IMG/VR virus record: IMGVR_UViG_3300020220_000310
Span: 1-24,669 of that record
DNA from: a virus
Lineage: Duplodnaviria > Caudoviricetes
Direction: 5' to 3' (one strand)
DNA: 24,669 bases
The translations under genes were made by a program, and so were the position numbers. The notes below the pieces were generated by a model. The model was given only the letters and a program-made list of their open reading frames with translations. It was not told the origin of the DNA and searched no databases. How positions within the stretch are numbered: position 1 is the stretch's first letter; every line of letters starts with the position of its first letter. Positions 8,400 through 17,991 of the stretch are shown here, in pieces.

Positions 8400-10712
8400 A
8401 TGGAACAATCAACCGGATATCTTAATTTTAAAGTTTACGATGTGTTTAATAATATATCGTTATCAGCTTATACATTATCAAATACCCCGTTGACTTTTGT
8501 ACCTCTGTTTGACACATATAATTCTAACATTTATAGTAATCAATATTTGTTGTGGGATTTTAGTGATGGTACCTATTCAAAATCTATCACAGCAACCCAT
8601 CATTTCACAACACCAGGGACGTATAACATTACTTTAAAGTTAATTAATAAATTGGGTGAAGGTATTGTAGACTTAGTAAACCGTACTGTTGATATATTTG
8701 ATTATGTGCCTGATAAACTTAGTGTATATAATTCAGGTTTTTCAATTTTAACCGCTGGTTCTTATTCACCACCTTTTACCGTATATAGATACAATAGTTG
8801 GCAAACCTATGAAAGCACTCAAGGGGTGTATTCAATAATACCCTATGCAAGCGGTGGTGTTAGCCCAAGATATGATGTATACAATTATTCAAAACAACCT
8901 TATTCACATCTTATACCTACCCACCGATTCGTTATAAGAGAACAAGTAGGTGTTCTAAATATATTTGACGATATTATTGTTGATAGGTTTGAAACATCTA
9001 ATGATAAAATTTATATATCATTAGACACAGTAAACAAAACTTATATAACTACAACATACGAAACACCTAATTCTGTATTTGCTGGTACATCAGGTGTTAA
9101 AGATGTTTATTTTGTTGACGATTTACCAACTTCATGTACAGGTTCATACAATATATTTTTCACTCTTGATACAACCGACTTTGATCAGTCGATAATTAGA
9201 CCAAACTTACCCATCTTAAATGTTAATTCAGTGGTATATACATTTAATTATGTTGCGACGAGTAACCCTGTAAGTTTAAGTGTAACTTCAAATGGTATTG
9301 TTGGTGAAGGTCAAAATTTAAGCACGTTTGATATCAATGGCGCACAATTAAAAGAAGGTGTTTTATCATTTGTTGTAAGACCTAGAACAATAGATAATTA
9401 TTCAGTAAGTTATATACCATTAAGTGCTTCACCATACCCATTTAACATATTTTTTATCAGTGCAATACCCAATGCATTGTTTATAGGGTTAATCAATAAA
9501 AACGGGGAACTTATAACAAGTTACACCACACCTACAACATCAATACAAATTCAAAACCCTATTTACAATGATGTCATACCTACATATGTCAAAGGTAAAA
9601 TTTATTTGAGTAATGTACCCGCTGCATCATGTGAAGATATTAGAATTTTTGCTGTTGGTGCTCTTACAAATTTACCACCTTCTTATACTGATAATACCGG
9701 TAATATATTTTACAACCAAGCTATATCAGGTGTAAGTCAACCGTTTACTATCTACAATAAGAATAATTACGGTAAAGTTGCAAAAGTGAACGAAAATTTT
9801 GATAGTTATAAAGCCTATGAATCATTAGCAACACAACCTACGATAGCTGAAAGTAATATTTTAGTTCAAAACGTATTAGGCCAAATAGGTGGTGATATTG
9901 ATGCTAATTTCAATACTTTAGGTAAACGTATATACGAAAAAATTGCTAATTACGTGCCTAATATATCAGATATAGATACCTGTAATATCGAATCATTATT
10001 TTCACAATGCGATCTATACGGTGTCGATACCATAAAATACGTTAAAGAAGATTTACTCACACGGTACCCAGCAGAAATATCAAGATTAGTAGATATATTT
10101 TCGATTAAGAGAAATTATCTTTTCGGTACCCGTAATAATTGGAATGAAAATTTAGATAAACGCACTAATGTGTTTAATCAAGTATATGGTATAAACACAA
10201 ATCTTCAAACACCGTCATACAGTAGTCAGGTTGAACCACTTAATATTGCTACGGCAATACTTGATAGAAATAATCAGTATATTGTAGCATACGAAAACTT
10301 TACAAAGTTGTATAGTTTACAGCCATTATATATAGATGCACTATCTGCACAAACGTTTCCATTATCATCTATAGATATTACATGGGGTTGGAACCTTGTT
10401 CTACCTGAAGATTTTTATACTGAAACTGCTGAGACGAGAGTAGTTTTACTTGATAAATACTACACATTCTACAAATGGAATAATTACATAGATGGTACAA
10501 TATTAGACAGTGTAATAAATTGGGATGATTCGATAAACACTCAAATAACTTTTCCTAACTACGAACAATATCCAGCATGGAATAATCCAAGTTTATTAAG
10601 TTCATGGAATGATAGCACATTATCTGCATGGTATATAGACAATGGTTATGTGGATAGAAACATAATATTCACATTAAGTGAAGGAGTTGGTATATTAAGT
10701 GGTGCTGATTGA
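8400..10712 (+). CDS. Large baseplate/tail-associated protein with N-terminal PKD (Ig-like) domain, 770 aa
   Basis: YLLWDFSDGT...THHFTTPGTYNITL is a PKD signature; directly follows gp6, where gp7-like proteins lie. Confidence 0.7.
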   Translation: MEQSTGYLNFKVYDVFNNISLSAYTLSNTPLTFVPLFDTYNSNIYSNQYLLWDFSDGTYSKSITATHHFTTPGTYNITLKLINKLGEGIVDLVNRTVDIFDYVPDKLSVYNSGFSILTAGSYSPPFTVYRYNSWQTYESTQGVYSIIPYASGGVSPRYDVYNYSKQPYSHLIPTHRFVIREQVGVLNIFDDIIVDRFETSNDKIYISLDTVNKTYITTTYETPNSVFAGTSGVKDVYFVDDLPTSCTGSYNIFFTLDTTDFDQSIIRPNLPILNVNSVVYTFNYVATSNPVSLSVTSNGIVGEGQNLSTFDINGAQLKEGVLSFVVRPRTIDNYSVSYIPLSASPYPFNIFFISAIPNALFIGLINKNGELITSYTTPTTSIQIQNPIYNDVIPTYVKGKIYLSNVPAASCEDIRIFAVGALTNLPPSYTDNTGNIFYNQAISGVSQPFTIYNKNNYGKVAKVNENFDSYKAYESLATQPTIAESNILVQNVLGQIGGDIDANFNTLGKRIYEKIANYVPNISDIDTCNIESLFSQCDLYGVDTIKYVKEDLLTRYPAEISRLVDIFSIKRNYLFGTRNNWNENLDKRTNVFNQVYGINTNLQTPSYSSQVEPLNIATAILDRNNQYIVAYENFTKLYSLQPLYIDALSAQTFPLSSIDITWGWNLVLPEDFYTETAETRVVLLDKYYTFYKWNNYIDGTILDSVINWDDSINTQITFPNYEQYPAWNNPSLLSSWNDSTLSAWYIDNGYVDRNIIFTLSEGVGILSGAD

Positions 10713-10732
10713 TTTAGCAATAAATACTAATA

Positions 10733-13700
10733 ATGCCAATTGATATACAAAGGTTTTCGGAATACAGACCTAACGATTCAATAACATTATTAGGCAATGT
10801 ATATATAGCTAAGGATTATCAAAGTCCGTTTTCATTTTCTTCTTGGCTAGGTAGTTTTAAACAGTTTAATGAAACACCTGAGGTATATATCGACTCATAT
10901 AGAAGATATTTGTCTGAATGGTATAAGATTAAAAATAATATCATTCTCACAAATGAGCAAACAATAGTACTATCATATATAACTATTTTCTATGATTTAA
11001 AATTAACTTATTTTACACAAGATGAGAGAAGATTTCTTACAACATTAGATTACAATAGTAAACAAGATATAGATATTGCAATACCATTCTTTGCAAGAAA
11101 AATAAAAGCTATATGTAGAGATTTAATAGATCTTCGCGAAAATGTAAAAGCTCAACCTGTAAAACTCAATTTAGGTGGTACAAGAGAAACTCTACAAAAT
11201 GTAATATTCAATACAATCTACACATCATATAATGATACCGAACTTAAATCAGAATTTTATAAATCTGATATTGACGGTACCTACATACTAAACAATACAC
11301 GTGTTTTAATTGAAGATTTATACGACGATACTGACTATTATAATTTATCAGCATATTCACAACAAATAGAGATAGATAGTAACTTATTTTTAAATTTTAC
11401 TGATGCTATAATTAACGAACTTGAAAACATTCAGTATATAGTACCCGAACTTTCAAAATATCTAACATATACACCTACACCAGACCCTAATGATTTATTT
11501 GCTCTTTATGATAAAGACTACATTAACACAATTAATGATGGTTTATCATCTAATTTAAATTTACTAAACTATAAGAATTTAATACAAGAATTTGCTGGTA
11601 CTAATTTTTATTACTTAAGTACAAATAGTCTATCTCAGTCTGTAACAGGGGTATTATTTGACACAACTTCTGACAGTGCAAATGATCAAAATATTTTTAA
11701 CATCAAATTTGCAATTAAACAATCTACTGACAATTTATATTCAGCAAAAGATGTAGGTGGGTTTTATTTACCCCAACGTATCGGTTTATTATATTACAAC
11801 CCAATAAAGTCTTCATTTAGTTTAAACACTCAATCATTACCACCTGATAGTGTTATAATATTTCCCGATCCTGCAGTATACCCATATAGCACATCTGGTC
11901 AAATAAGCTTTGTATACAATACTACAGTTTTCAAACATACTTTATCAGATCAATATATTTACGGTGATATAAAAAATGATGAAAATCTACCTGATTTCAA
12001 AGGGTATCAAAGTTTAAATCAAAGTTTAGAATTAGACTTTAGTAATGTAAGTAAACCATCAGACAGTGTTTCATTTTTTAAGAATAATAAAAACAATATT
12101 TGGTTAAACCCTGATGTATATAGTACAGCTAATAACGCTATATACCCTGTAAATAATAGACAACAAAAACTTTTAGTAGATAATAATGCAGATATTATAA
12201 AGTTTAAAACAGATGTTTACGGTAACAGTTATGCATTATTCAAAACAGTATTTATAACTACAAATATCACCTCAAAGTCTGAGGTAACGTATATTTGCAA
12301 TCATTTTGATGGGTTCTTTCTTAACTGGCCTAGATATTCTCAACTAGACTTTAATTATACAGCTACAACACCGGAAATAGATGGTTATATAAGAACCGGT
12401 CAAATTGCTAATACATTTGATCAGTTAAGTTCAGTTAATTATTACTATTTTAATCCTCTCACTAAACTTATAAATGTAAATCAAATACCTGAGTTTGCTT
12501 TAAGTGGTAGTTACTACTATGTATTCGGTGGTTCGTTTAACGATTTATATTGTAATATAATAGACAACCCAATATATGTTGGAACTGAAACATATGATGG
12601 TCACACATTTATAAACGAATACAATGGTGTAAAATTATATGAAACACCATCTACTGATTCACCATTATGGCCAGGTAGTATTAGCAATGCATTAAATTTA
12701 TATTATCAAGTATTGGTAGAAGGTGGTGTTAATAATTACGCATTAAGACCTACATTTACACAACCACCAACATTTAAACCGGCAGCATTATCGGGTACAG
12801 GTTGGACATTTACAACAGAAAATAAAATTATTGAAGGTGGAACATTTGTATATGTGAGAGTAGAGAACGGTCAAGTTATAAACTACAATCCTTTTGCTTT
12901 AAGAGCAAATGATTTTTATAGTCAAAATATACCATATTACAATAACATACTTTCAAGCTCTACCACACAATACAGTTATGTTTCAGGATTATCGAGTGAT
13001 TTAGATATTTACACAAAACGTAATATCATATTAGGTGATGTTTATGTAAGATCAGGTAACAATACAATTATATCTAATGTATCTGATGCATTAAGTGCTA
13101 ATTTTGTGCGGTTCCCTGTAGTGGTGAGAGATGAAGTAAAAAACAACTTAATAGATTTCGATATAATTTATGATACATTACTCATTGAAACAGATAATTA
13201 TAGAGTAATTGATCGGATAAATTACGATTACAACACTAATAAGTTTATAGGTAATTTCTTACCAGCAATTTATATAACACGTAATCAGAATGATTTATCG
13301 ATAGATAAATTCGGTGATTATTTTTATAACGAAGATTATAAGAATGTTTTATTTTTCAATACAACTCTTTCAAATGCTGTATCGGGTAATTTAAAAATTA
13401 TATACCCAACAGTGTATAAATTTGATTTAGCAAGCTACGACTTCAAACAAATATATCCAAATCCAAATACTAATTTAACACAATTTAGTATGACGAGTTA
13501 CCTTTCAAGTTTTTATACAAATGGTTTGTTTGATAATTATCAATATATTTTCAACCCACAAAATTGTGATGATCCTACGGTAACGTATAATGAAGTTGCA
13601 GATACATATACAATGGTTACAAAAATGTATGATAATGCTGGAGCGTATTGTATTCAAGAGCTTCAATTTAGATTTATAGCAGGTATATTTACACTGTTAA

Positions 13701-13846
13701 CTAATAAATGTTATTTTGGTGATGAACTTATAAGAGATGAAAGTTATTCTAATAGTGTAAGCGCAACATTTTTAGACTATATAACACCTCAAGTAGGTTT
13801 AAATATTGGTACCTGGGATCAAACAGCTGGGTTATATAAATTTTAA
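10733..13846 (+). CDS. Very large virion structural (baseplate/tail) protein, 1037 aa
   Basis: Long Asn/Tyr/Thr-rich ORF in the structural cluster; TAAATA at 10721-10726. Confidence 0.65.
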   Translation: MPIDIQRFSEYRPNDSITLLGNVYIAKDYQSPFSFSSWLGSFKQFNETPEVYIDSYRRYLSEWYKIKNNIILTNEQTIVLSYITIFYDLKLTYFTQDERRFLTTLDYNSKQDIDIAIPFFARKIKAICRDLIDLRENVKAQPVKLNLGGTRETLQNVIFNTIYTSYNDTELKSEFYKSDIDGTYILNNTRVLIEDLYDDTDYYNLSAYSQQIEIDSNLFLNFTDAIINELENIQYIVPELSKYLTYTPTPDPNDLFALYDKDYINTINDGLSSNLNLLNYKNLIQEFAGTNFYYLSTNSLSQSVTGVLFDTTSDSANDQNIFNIKFAIKQSTDNLYSAKDVGGFYLPQRIGLLYYNPIKSSFSLNTQSLPPDSVIIFPDPAVYPYSTSGQISFVYNTTVFKHTLSDQYIYGDIKNDENLPDFKGYQSLNQSLELDFSNVSKPSDSVSFFKNNKNNIWLNPDVYSTANNAIYPVNNRQQKLLVDNNADIIKFKTDVYGNSYALFKTVFITTNITSKSEVTYICNHFDGFFLNWPRYSQLDFNYTATTPEIDGYIRTGQIANTFDQLSSVNYYYFNPLTKLINVNQIPEFALSGSYYYVFGGSFNDLYCNIIDNPIYVGTETYDGHTFINEYNGVKLYETPSTDSPLWPGSISNALNLYYQVLVEGGVNNYALRPTFTQPPTFKPAALSGTGWTFTTENKIIEGGTFVYVRVENGQVINYNPFALRANDFYSQNIPYYNNILSSSTTQYSYVSGLSSDLDIYTKRNIILGDVYVRSGNNTIISNVSDALSANFVRFPVVVRDEVKNNLIDFDIIYDTLLIETDNYRVIDRINYDYNTNKFIGNFLPAIYITRNQNDLSIDKFGDYFYNEDYKNVLFFNTTLSNAVSGNLKIIYPTVYKFDLASYDFKQIYPNPNTNLTQFSMTSYLSSFYTNGLFDNYQYIFNPQNCDDPTVTYNEVADTYTMVTKMYDNAGAYCIQELQFRFIAGIFTLLTNKCYFGDELIRDESYSNSVSATFLDYITPQVGLNIGTWDQTAGLYKF

Positions 13847-13851
13847 ACAAC

Positions 13852-15405
13852 ATGAATTTACCAACCGATACAAAATCATCGAGTATAGTTCTCAAGTCGG
13901 GTTATAATACATTAACGTTTGACCCTAGAAAAGACATCTCTGTATCTATCGACTATTCTTTCTTTCAATCCACAAGTGCTTTAGGTGGCGGATTTTGTAT
14001 ATTTTTTATAGGTAATTCTTTACAACAAGTAATTAGCGGTACACCTGGGCCTGGATTAGGTTATGCTCCAAGAACAGACTACGTACTTAACGGCGTTACA
14101 ACCAACCCAGGTGTTGAAGGATCTTACTTAGCTGTTGCTTTTGATGTTGATGGTTATTTTGCATTATCAGGTACAGGTATAACAGGTGGTACAAATAACC
14201 CAGTACCAAACAGTATAACAATTAGAGGTGGTGAATCAGATAACTATAGTTTTATAGATAACAGTGGTAGTTTGAATCTTTATCCAAATACAAATTACCC
14301 CAACACATCAACTTTACAGCTTAGCACATTACAAGACGAATACAAAACAGTACGTGTAAATTTACTTAATTTTTGTAAAACAGTGACAGTTGAATTTAAA
14401 AATAATAAAGGTGAGTTTGTAACATATTACACTAAAGATGTAAATCTCACCCCACCGGGTAGTTTTGTTCGTGCAGGGTTAAGTTATTCAACGGGTGTAT
14501 CAGGTAATAACAATTTTTGGATAAAAAACTTAAATTTTAGAGGTGTGGAGGGATATGCTACACCTACACCTACGCAGACTGTAACACCAACACAAACAAG
14601 AACAACAACTCAAACACGTACAAGCACTACAACACCTAATATTACACAGACACAAACACCCACAAGAACAAGGACACAGACACCAACACAAACCCGGTCC
14701 AGTACACCGACACAAACAAGAACAAACACTCAAACATCTACAAGAACCAGAACACAAACTCCTACTCAAACACCCACACAGACTTTAACATCAACACAGA
14801 CTAGAACTAAAACACCTACACCCACTGCAACAAGAACAAGAACGCAGACACCAACACAAACTAAAACACCTGATATAACACCTACACGTACACGTACACC
14901 TAATGTAATTGTACCTACACCAACCCCGACACCTACACGAACAAAAACATCGGTGGTGACAAATGTCCCAGGTGGTTATTGGATTAAACTGATTTTAGAC
15001 AATCCCGATACATCATGCCAATTAAATGTCACCAATTCAGCTTATTATAACACTGTCTTTATTGGTGATGAACCAGGTTATTCAGATGGTGCCATGTATG
15101 GTACTGGTCCGGTAGCGCCTAGTATAATTGCAGAGGAGACAGTTATTTTATCATCAAGAGAATTAGGATTAGTATACGTTGATCCTCAATTTATGGCAAA
15201 CGGTTCACCTTATATGGATAGTATAGGGTTTAGAGTTACATTTGACGACTATGGTTTAGTTGATGAAACTTGCCAAATTTTACGCACTTTAACTTTCGAA
15301 ATATCTTACAGACAAATTAGAGATACTATATCAGCTCAAGTTAATTCAGGATTACATACTGGTCAACCTGCTGACCCAGTTATTTACACTATGAGCCCTT
15401 CATAA
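13852..15405 (+). CDS. Tail-associated protein: L-type (legume/ConA-like) lectin domain, Thr-rich stalk and C-terminal domain, 517 aa
   Basis: GGGFCIFF...GPGLGY...YLAVAFD...PNSITIRG matches the bacterial L-type lectin-like pattern, followed by a ~130 aa (T-x)n tract. Confidence 0.7.
   Translation: MNLPTDTKSSSIVLKSGYNTLTFDPRKDISVSIDYSFFQSTSALGGGFCIFFIGNSLQQVISGTPGPGLGYAPRTDYVLNGVTTNPGVEGSYLAVAFDVDGYFALSGTGITGGTNNPVPNSITIRGGESDNYSFIDNSGSLNLYPNTNYPNTSTLQLSTLQDEYKTVRVNLLNFCKTVTVEFKNNKGEFVTYYTKDVNLTPPGSFVRAGLSYSTGVSGNNNFWIKNLNFRGVEGYATPTPTQTVTPTQTRTTTQTRTSTTTPNITQTQTPTRTRTQTPTQTRSSTPTQTRTNTQTSTRTRTQTPTQTPTQTLTSTQTRTKTPTPTATRTRTQTPTQTKTPDITPTRTRTPNVIVPTPTPTPTRTKTSVVTNVPGGYWIKLILDNPDTSCQLNVTNSAYYNTVFIGDEPGYSDGAMYGTGPVAPSIIAEETVILSSRELGLVYVDPQFMANGSPYMDSIGFRVTFDDYGLVDETCQILRTLTFEISYRQIRDTISAQVNSGLHTGQPADPVIYTMSPS
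14560..14949 (+). repeat. Low-complexity coding repeat (T-P/Q/R)n, mucin-like linker
   Basis: TPTPTQTVTPTQTRTTTQTRT...TPTPTPTRTKT; degenerate ACA/ACT-rich DNA. Confidence 0.9.
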
Positions 15406-15417
15406 TAAATATATAAA

Positions 15418-16146
15418 ATGAACCAAACAATTTACATTAGTTCGACAGAAGATAATGCTGCTTTATCAGCATACCCTGTAACTAGTGGTTATTTATTTTA
15501 CGTTGTTGATCAAAATTCATTATTATTAACATCAAATTACTATAGTAACACTGCGCAAGGTATAACTAATTTTAGTGATAATGATAGTTTTATTACAGAT
15601 TTGACCACATTATCTGGTGGTACGTTTACAGATTATGAAGATGGCTATTTTAACTATACAAGAATAACATCATTAACTGCAAACGAATTATATAGTGAAA
15701 CTAACCCTATACGATTTATTTTATCTGGTATACAAGATACAGAATATAATATAATTAAAATAATATTTGATAAATTTGGAGATAATACTGTAACTACATC
15801 CGTTGAAAAAGACTTTTATTTAACATATAACGATACTAGCGCTTTGCAAATATTAGAGGAGACAAACGAATATAAAAGCCCCAAATATAAGATATTTGAA
15901 TCTCTATATCAAACAATTACGGCATCATTTATCAATACCTACACCCCAAAATTTTACGTATATAGAGTGAATGGGGTAATAGATGTTATAACAATACACA
16001 TTACAGTTGCAAAGAAAAGTTTTCTTACAATAACGCAAAATTTTAGAATTATAGATATTTACAATACAGATAATAACACTATATTAATTAAAATGCAAAA
16101 CCCAATCACCAATCAAATTTATTTCACAACGCTAAGCGGTGGTTGA
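15418..16146 (+). CDS. Hypothetical virion-associated protein, 242 aa
   Basis: TAAATA at 15406-15411; shares the LSA/LSG motif with the upstream tail proteins. Confidence 0.65.
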   Translation: MNQTIYISSTEDNAALSAYPVTSGYLFYVVDQNSLLLTSNYYSNTAQGITNFSDNDSFITDLTTLSGGTFTDYEDGYFNYTRITSLTANELYSETNPIRFILSGIQDTEYNIIKIIFDKFGDNTVTTSVEKDFYLTYNDTSALQILEETNEYKSPKYKIFESLYQTITASFINTYTPKFYVYRVNGVIDVITIHITVAKKSFLTITQNFRIIDIYNTDNNTILIKMQNPITNQIYFTTLSGG

Positions 16147-16170
16147 TTTCAATATACTGTATTATAAAGT
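16143..16170 (+). promoter_or_regulatory. Sigma70-like promoter (TTGATT-16-TAAAGT)
   Basis: Lies at the switch from structural to small accessory genes; same layout as the other TTGA promoters. Confidence 0.45.
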
Positions 16171-16185
16171 ATATAAAATGTAAAT

Positions 16186-16449
16186 ATGAAGAATTACATT
16201 AACGAAGAAGAGAAAAAGAAACAAATAGAACAAATGTGGGAAGAGTATGAACGTTCTAATAGAACGCATACACCTGAACAACATAGTAACCCGTCTAATG
16301 ATTTGGATTACGATGTAACTGTAGATAGCAACATATATGAAGACATCTCAGATAAAAGAGAACACGGTAACAAGCGTAAAAACAAACAAGGTAAACAGAA
16401 CAAAAAGAAAAATAAATTTTCAAAAATTCCAGACGAAGATTATATCTGA
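16186..16449 (+). CDS. Hypothetical charged protein, 87 aa
   Basis: Acidic N-terminal half and Lys-rich C-terminal half; follows a promoter; overlaps the next ORF by 113 nt. Confidence 0.55.
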   Translation: MKNYINEEEKKKQIEQMWEEYERSNRTHTPEQHSNPSNDLDYDVTVDSNIYEDISDKREHGNKRKNKQGKQNKKKNKFSKIPDEDYI

Positions 16450-16891
16450 TTTTTTAAAACTATATAAACATTTAAATAAAAAGCTATTTGATAATAGTTT
16501 ACCGCTATGTCAAATAGCTTTTTACCCTATACAAAATACATATGGAGAGGTATATGTTAAAGCATGTACGTTTAATAATACACAACATCCTTTTTTAGTA
16601 CTAAACCCTTGTTATTTTAAAAAAGGGGTTGAATACATAGCGGAGATACTAATACATGAAATGGTGCATATATATTGCTCAACACATAAAATTGAAGATG
16701 TAAACCGTGTCAACGGTTACCATAATATACAATTTAAAGTGGTGTGTGGTAAAATTAATTTAAAATGCAAGAAAGACAAAAACGGGTACGATAGGACATT
16801 TTACACACCACAATTAAAACAGACAGTAAACAATATAATAAAAAGAACAAATCTTGTTTATTTGTTTGAAAAATATAATTACAATATATGA
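16337..16891 (+). CDS. SprT-like zinc metalloprotease
   Basis: LYKHLNKKLFDNSLP start, HEMVH (HExxH) and downstream YHNIQF third ligand; true start uncertain. Confidence 0.85.
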   Translation: MKTSQIKENTVTSVKTNKVNRTKRKINFQKFQTKIISDFLKLYKHLNKKLFDNSLPLCQIAFYPIQNTYGEVYVKACTFNNTQHPFLVLNPCYFKKGVEYIAEILIHEMVHIYCSTHKIEDVNRVNGYHNIQFKVVCGKINLKCKKDKNGYDRTFYTPQLKQTVNNIIKRTNLVYLFEKYNYNI

Positions 16892-17148
16892 TTTCCAATA
16901 AACTGCTCACCGTAATACATCAAGCACGTTACTCATATGTAAATGAGGATGCTAAAGAAATATATGTATGGCACGGTACTAATGAAATTAATATATATAA
17001 TTACCTTGGTGAAGATATTGGTAAATTTAATATTATAAATTACAATAAAGATGATGTATATAAGAAGTATGAATCTATAAATATAAGAGACGTAACCCTA
17101 TCTATTGATGATATTGTTTACTCAACATATAGAAAGACTAATGAGTAG
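16888..17148 (+). CDS. Hypothetical protein, 86 aa
   Basis: ATGA overlap with the SprT stop; protein-like composition. Confidence 0.6.
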   Translation: MISNKLLTVIHQARYSYVNEDAKEIYVWHGTNEINIYNYLGEDIGKFNIINYNKDDVYKKYESINIRDVTLSIDDIVYSTYRKTNE

Positions 17149-17347
17149 ACGCAAAAGCTCTAAAAAAACACAAAGAAAAGAGTTAATGGATGTTATATGC
17201 ACTAATATTGCGTGCGTAATTTTAGAGGAAGGGTTGTATCCAGGTACCAAAGATTTTGATGTATTATATCAAAAACTTATTCAATCTATATCTGATCAAA
17301 TCAAAGTCAACGTTATAAAAATAATACGCAAGACTATCGATTCTTAA
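17141..17347 (+). CDS. Hypothetical protein, ~68 aa (MSRRKSSKK...)
   Basis: ATG 17141 overlapping the end of the previous gene is a more plausible start than 17105. Confidence 0.5.
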   Translation: MSRRKSSKKTQRKELMDVICTNIACVILEEGLYPGTKDFDVLYQKLIQSISDQIKVNVIKIIRKTIDS

Positions 17348-17888
17348 AGTGTTTACTTACTCGTTTTGATGGTACTAGACAATAATTATACCAGGTGCAA
17401 CCATCACAATATTCATCATTTTGATACCAAATATGTGGTTGCTGGCAAGTACCACCATTAGGTATCTGACATTGATTAGGGCCACCTGTAAATAATTCCA
17501 CAAAAGTTTTGAATGATTCGTATGTATTTTTTGTTGCAAGCTCTTCTTGTTTTTTCAATAAAAACTCTTCACTTTGTAGATAACTAGTATTATCAACTTT
17601 TTTCTCACGCTTATTTACTTTCTTAATTTTGTTACGTACAAGTACAATATCATCAACTTCAGGTAGCTTAGCCTTTATTTTTAACTTGTCACGAACTTCT
17701 TGCTGTGAAAGACCTTGTTTGAGAAGTTTCTTTGCCTTACTACTTATAAAATGTTTTTCTAGTTCTTCTAAAGATCCAAATTTTGCTATCTTACGTTCAA
17801 ATGGTGGACCATACATGTAATGACGTTTACCGGTGATGAGACAAGTAAGGTAGCCCGACTTAGGTTTTTTATTGGATGGTTTACTCAT
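17334..17888 (-). CDS. Basic putative DNA-binding protein with C-terminal Cys cluster, 184 aa
   Basis: Lys-rich; HTH-like AKKLLKQGLSQQEVRDKL; C-x7-C-x12-C-x2-C-x5-C at the C-terminus; own promoter TTGAAA-17-TAAGAT on the minus strand. Confidence 0.65.
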   Translation of the reverse strand: MSKPSNKKPKSGYLTCLITGKRHYMYGPPFERKIAKFGSLEELEKHFISSKAKKLLKQGLSQQEVRDKLKIKAKLPEVDDIVLVRNKIKKVNKREKKVDNTSYLQSEEFLLKKQEELATKNTYESFKTFVELFTGGPNQCQIPNGGTCQQPHIWYQNDEYCDGCTWYNYCLVPSKRVSKHFKNR

Positions 17889-17897
17889 TGCTTATAG

Positions 17898-17962
17898 ATC
17901 TTATGAACATCTGTTGATTCTTTCAAGAATTTTCTTGATGTTTTTTTGGTTCCCAATATAAT
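17898..17962. promoter_or_regulatory. Back-to-back divergent sigma70-like promoters
   Basis: Plus strand: TTGATG (17935-17940)-16-TATAAT (17957-17962). Minus strand: TTGAAA-17-TAAGAT. The two -35 boxes form the inverted repeat TCAAGAA-TT-TTCTTGA. Confidence 0.7.
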
Positions 17963-17991
17963 AGAGGGGTCGGATATAACCATCTACAAAA

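Noticed and set aside
14530-14769. Cys-rich minus-strand ORF resembling a metallothionein
   Set aside because: Artefact of reading the ACA (Thr) repeats as TGT (Cys) on the opposite strand.
14560-14949. Possible CRISPR array or non-coding tandem repeat
   Set aside because: No constant repeat with unique spacers; the degeneracy is at synonymous positions, so it is a coding repeat.
16129-16146. C-terminal di-glycine (TLSGG) suggesting a ubiquitin-like modifier
   Set aside because: The 242-aa protein shows no beta-grasp features, there are no E1/E2/JAB genes nearby, and TLSGG also occurs internally as part of the LSG motif.
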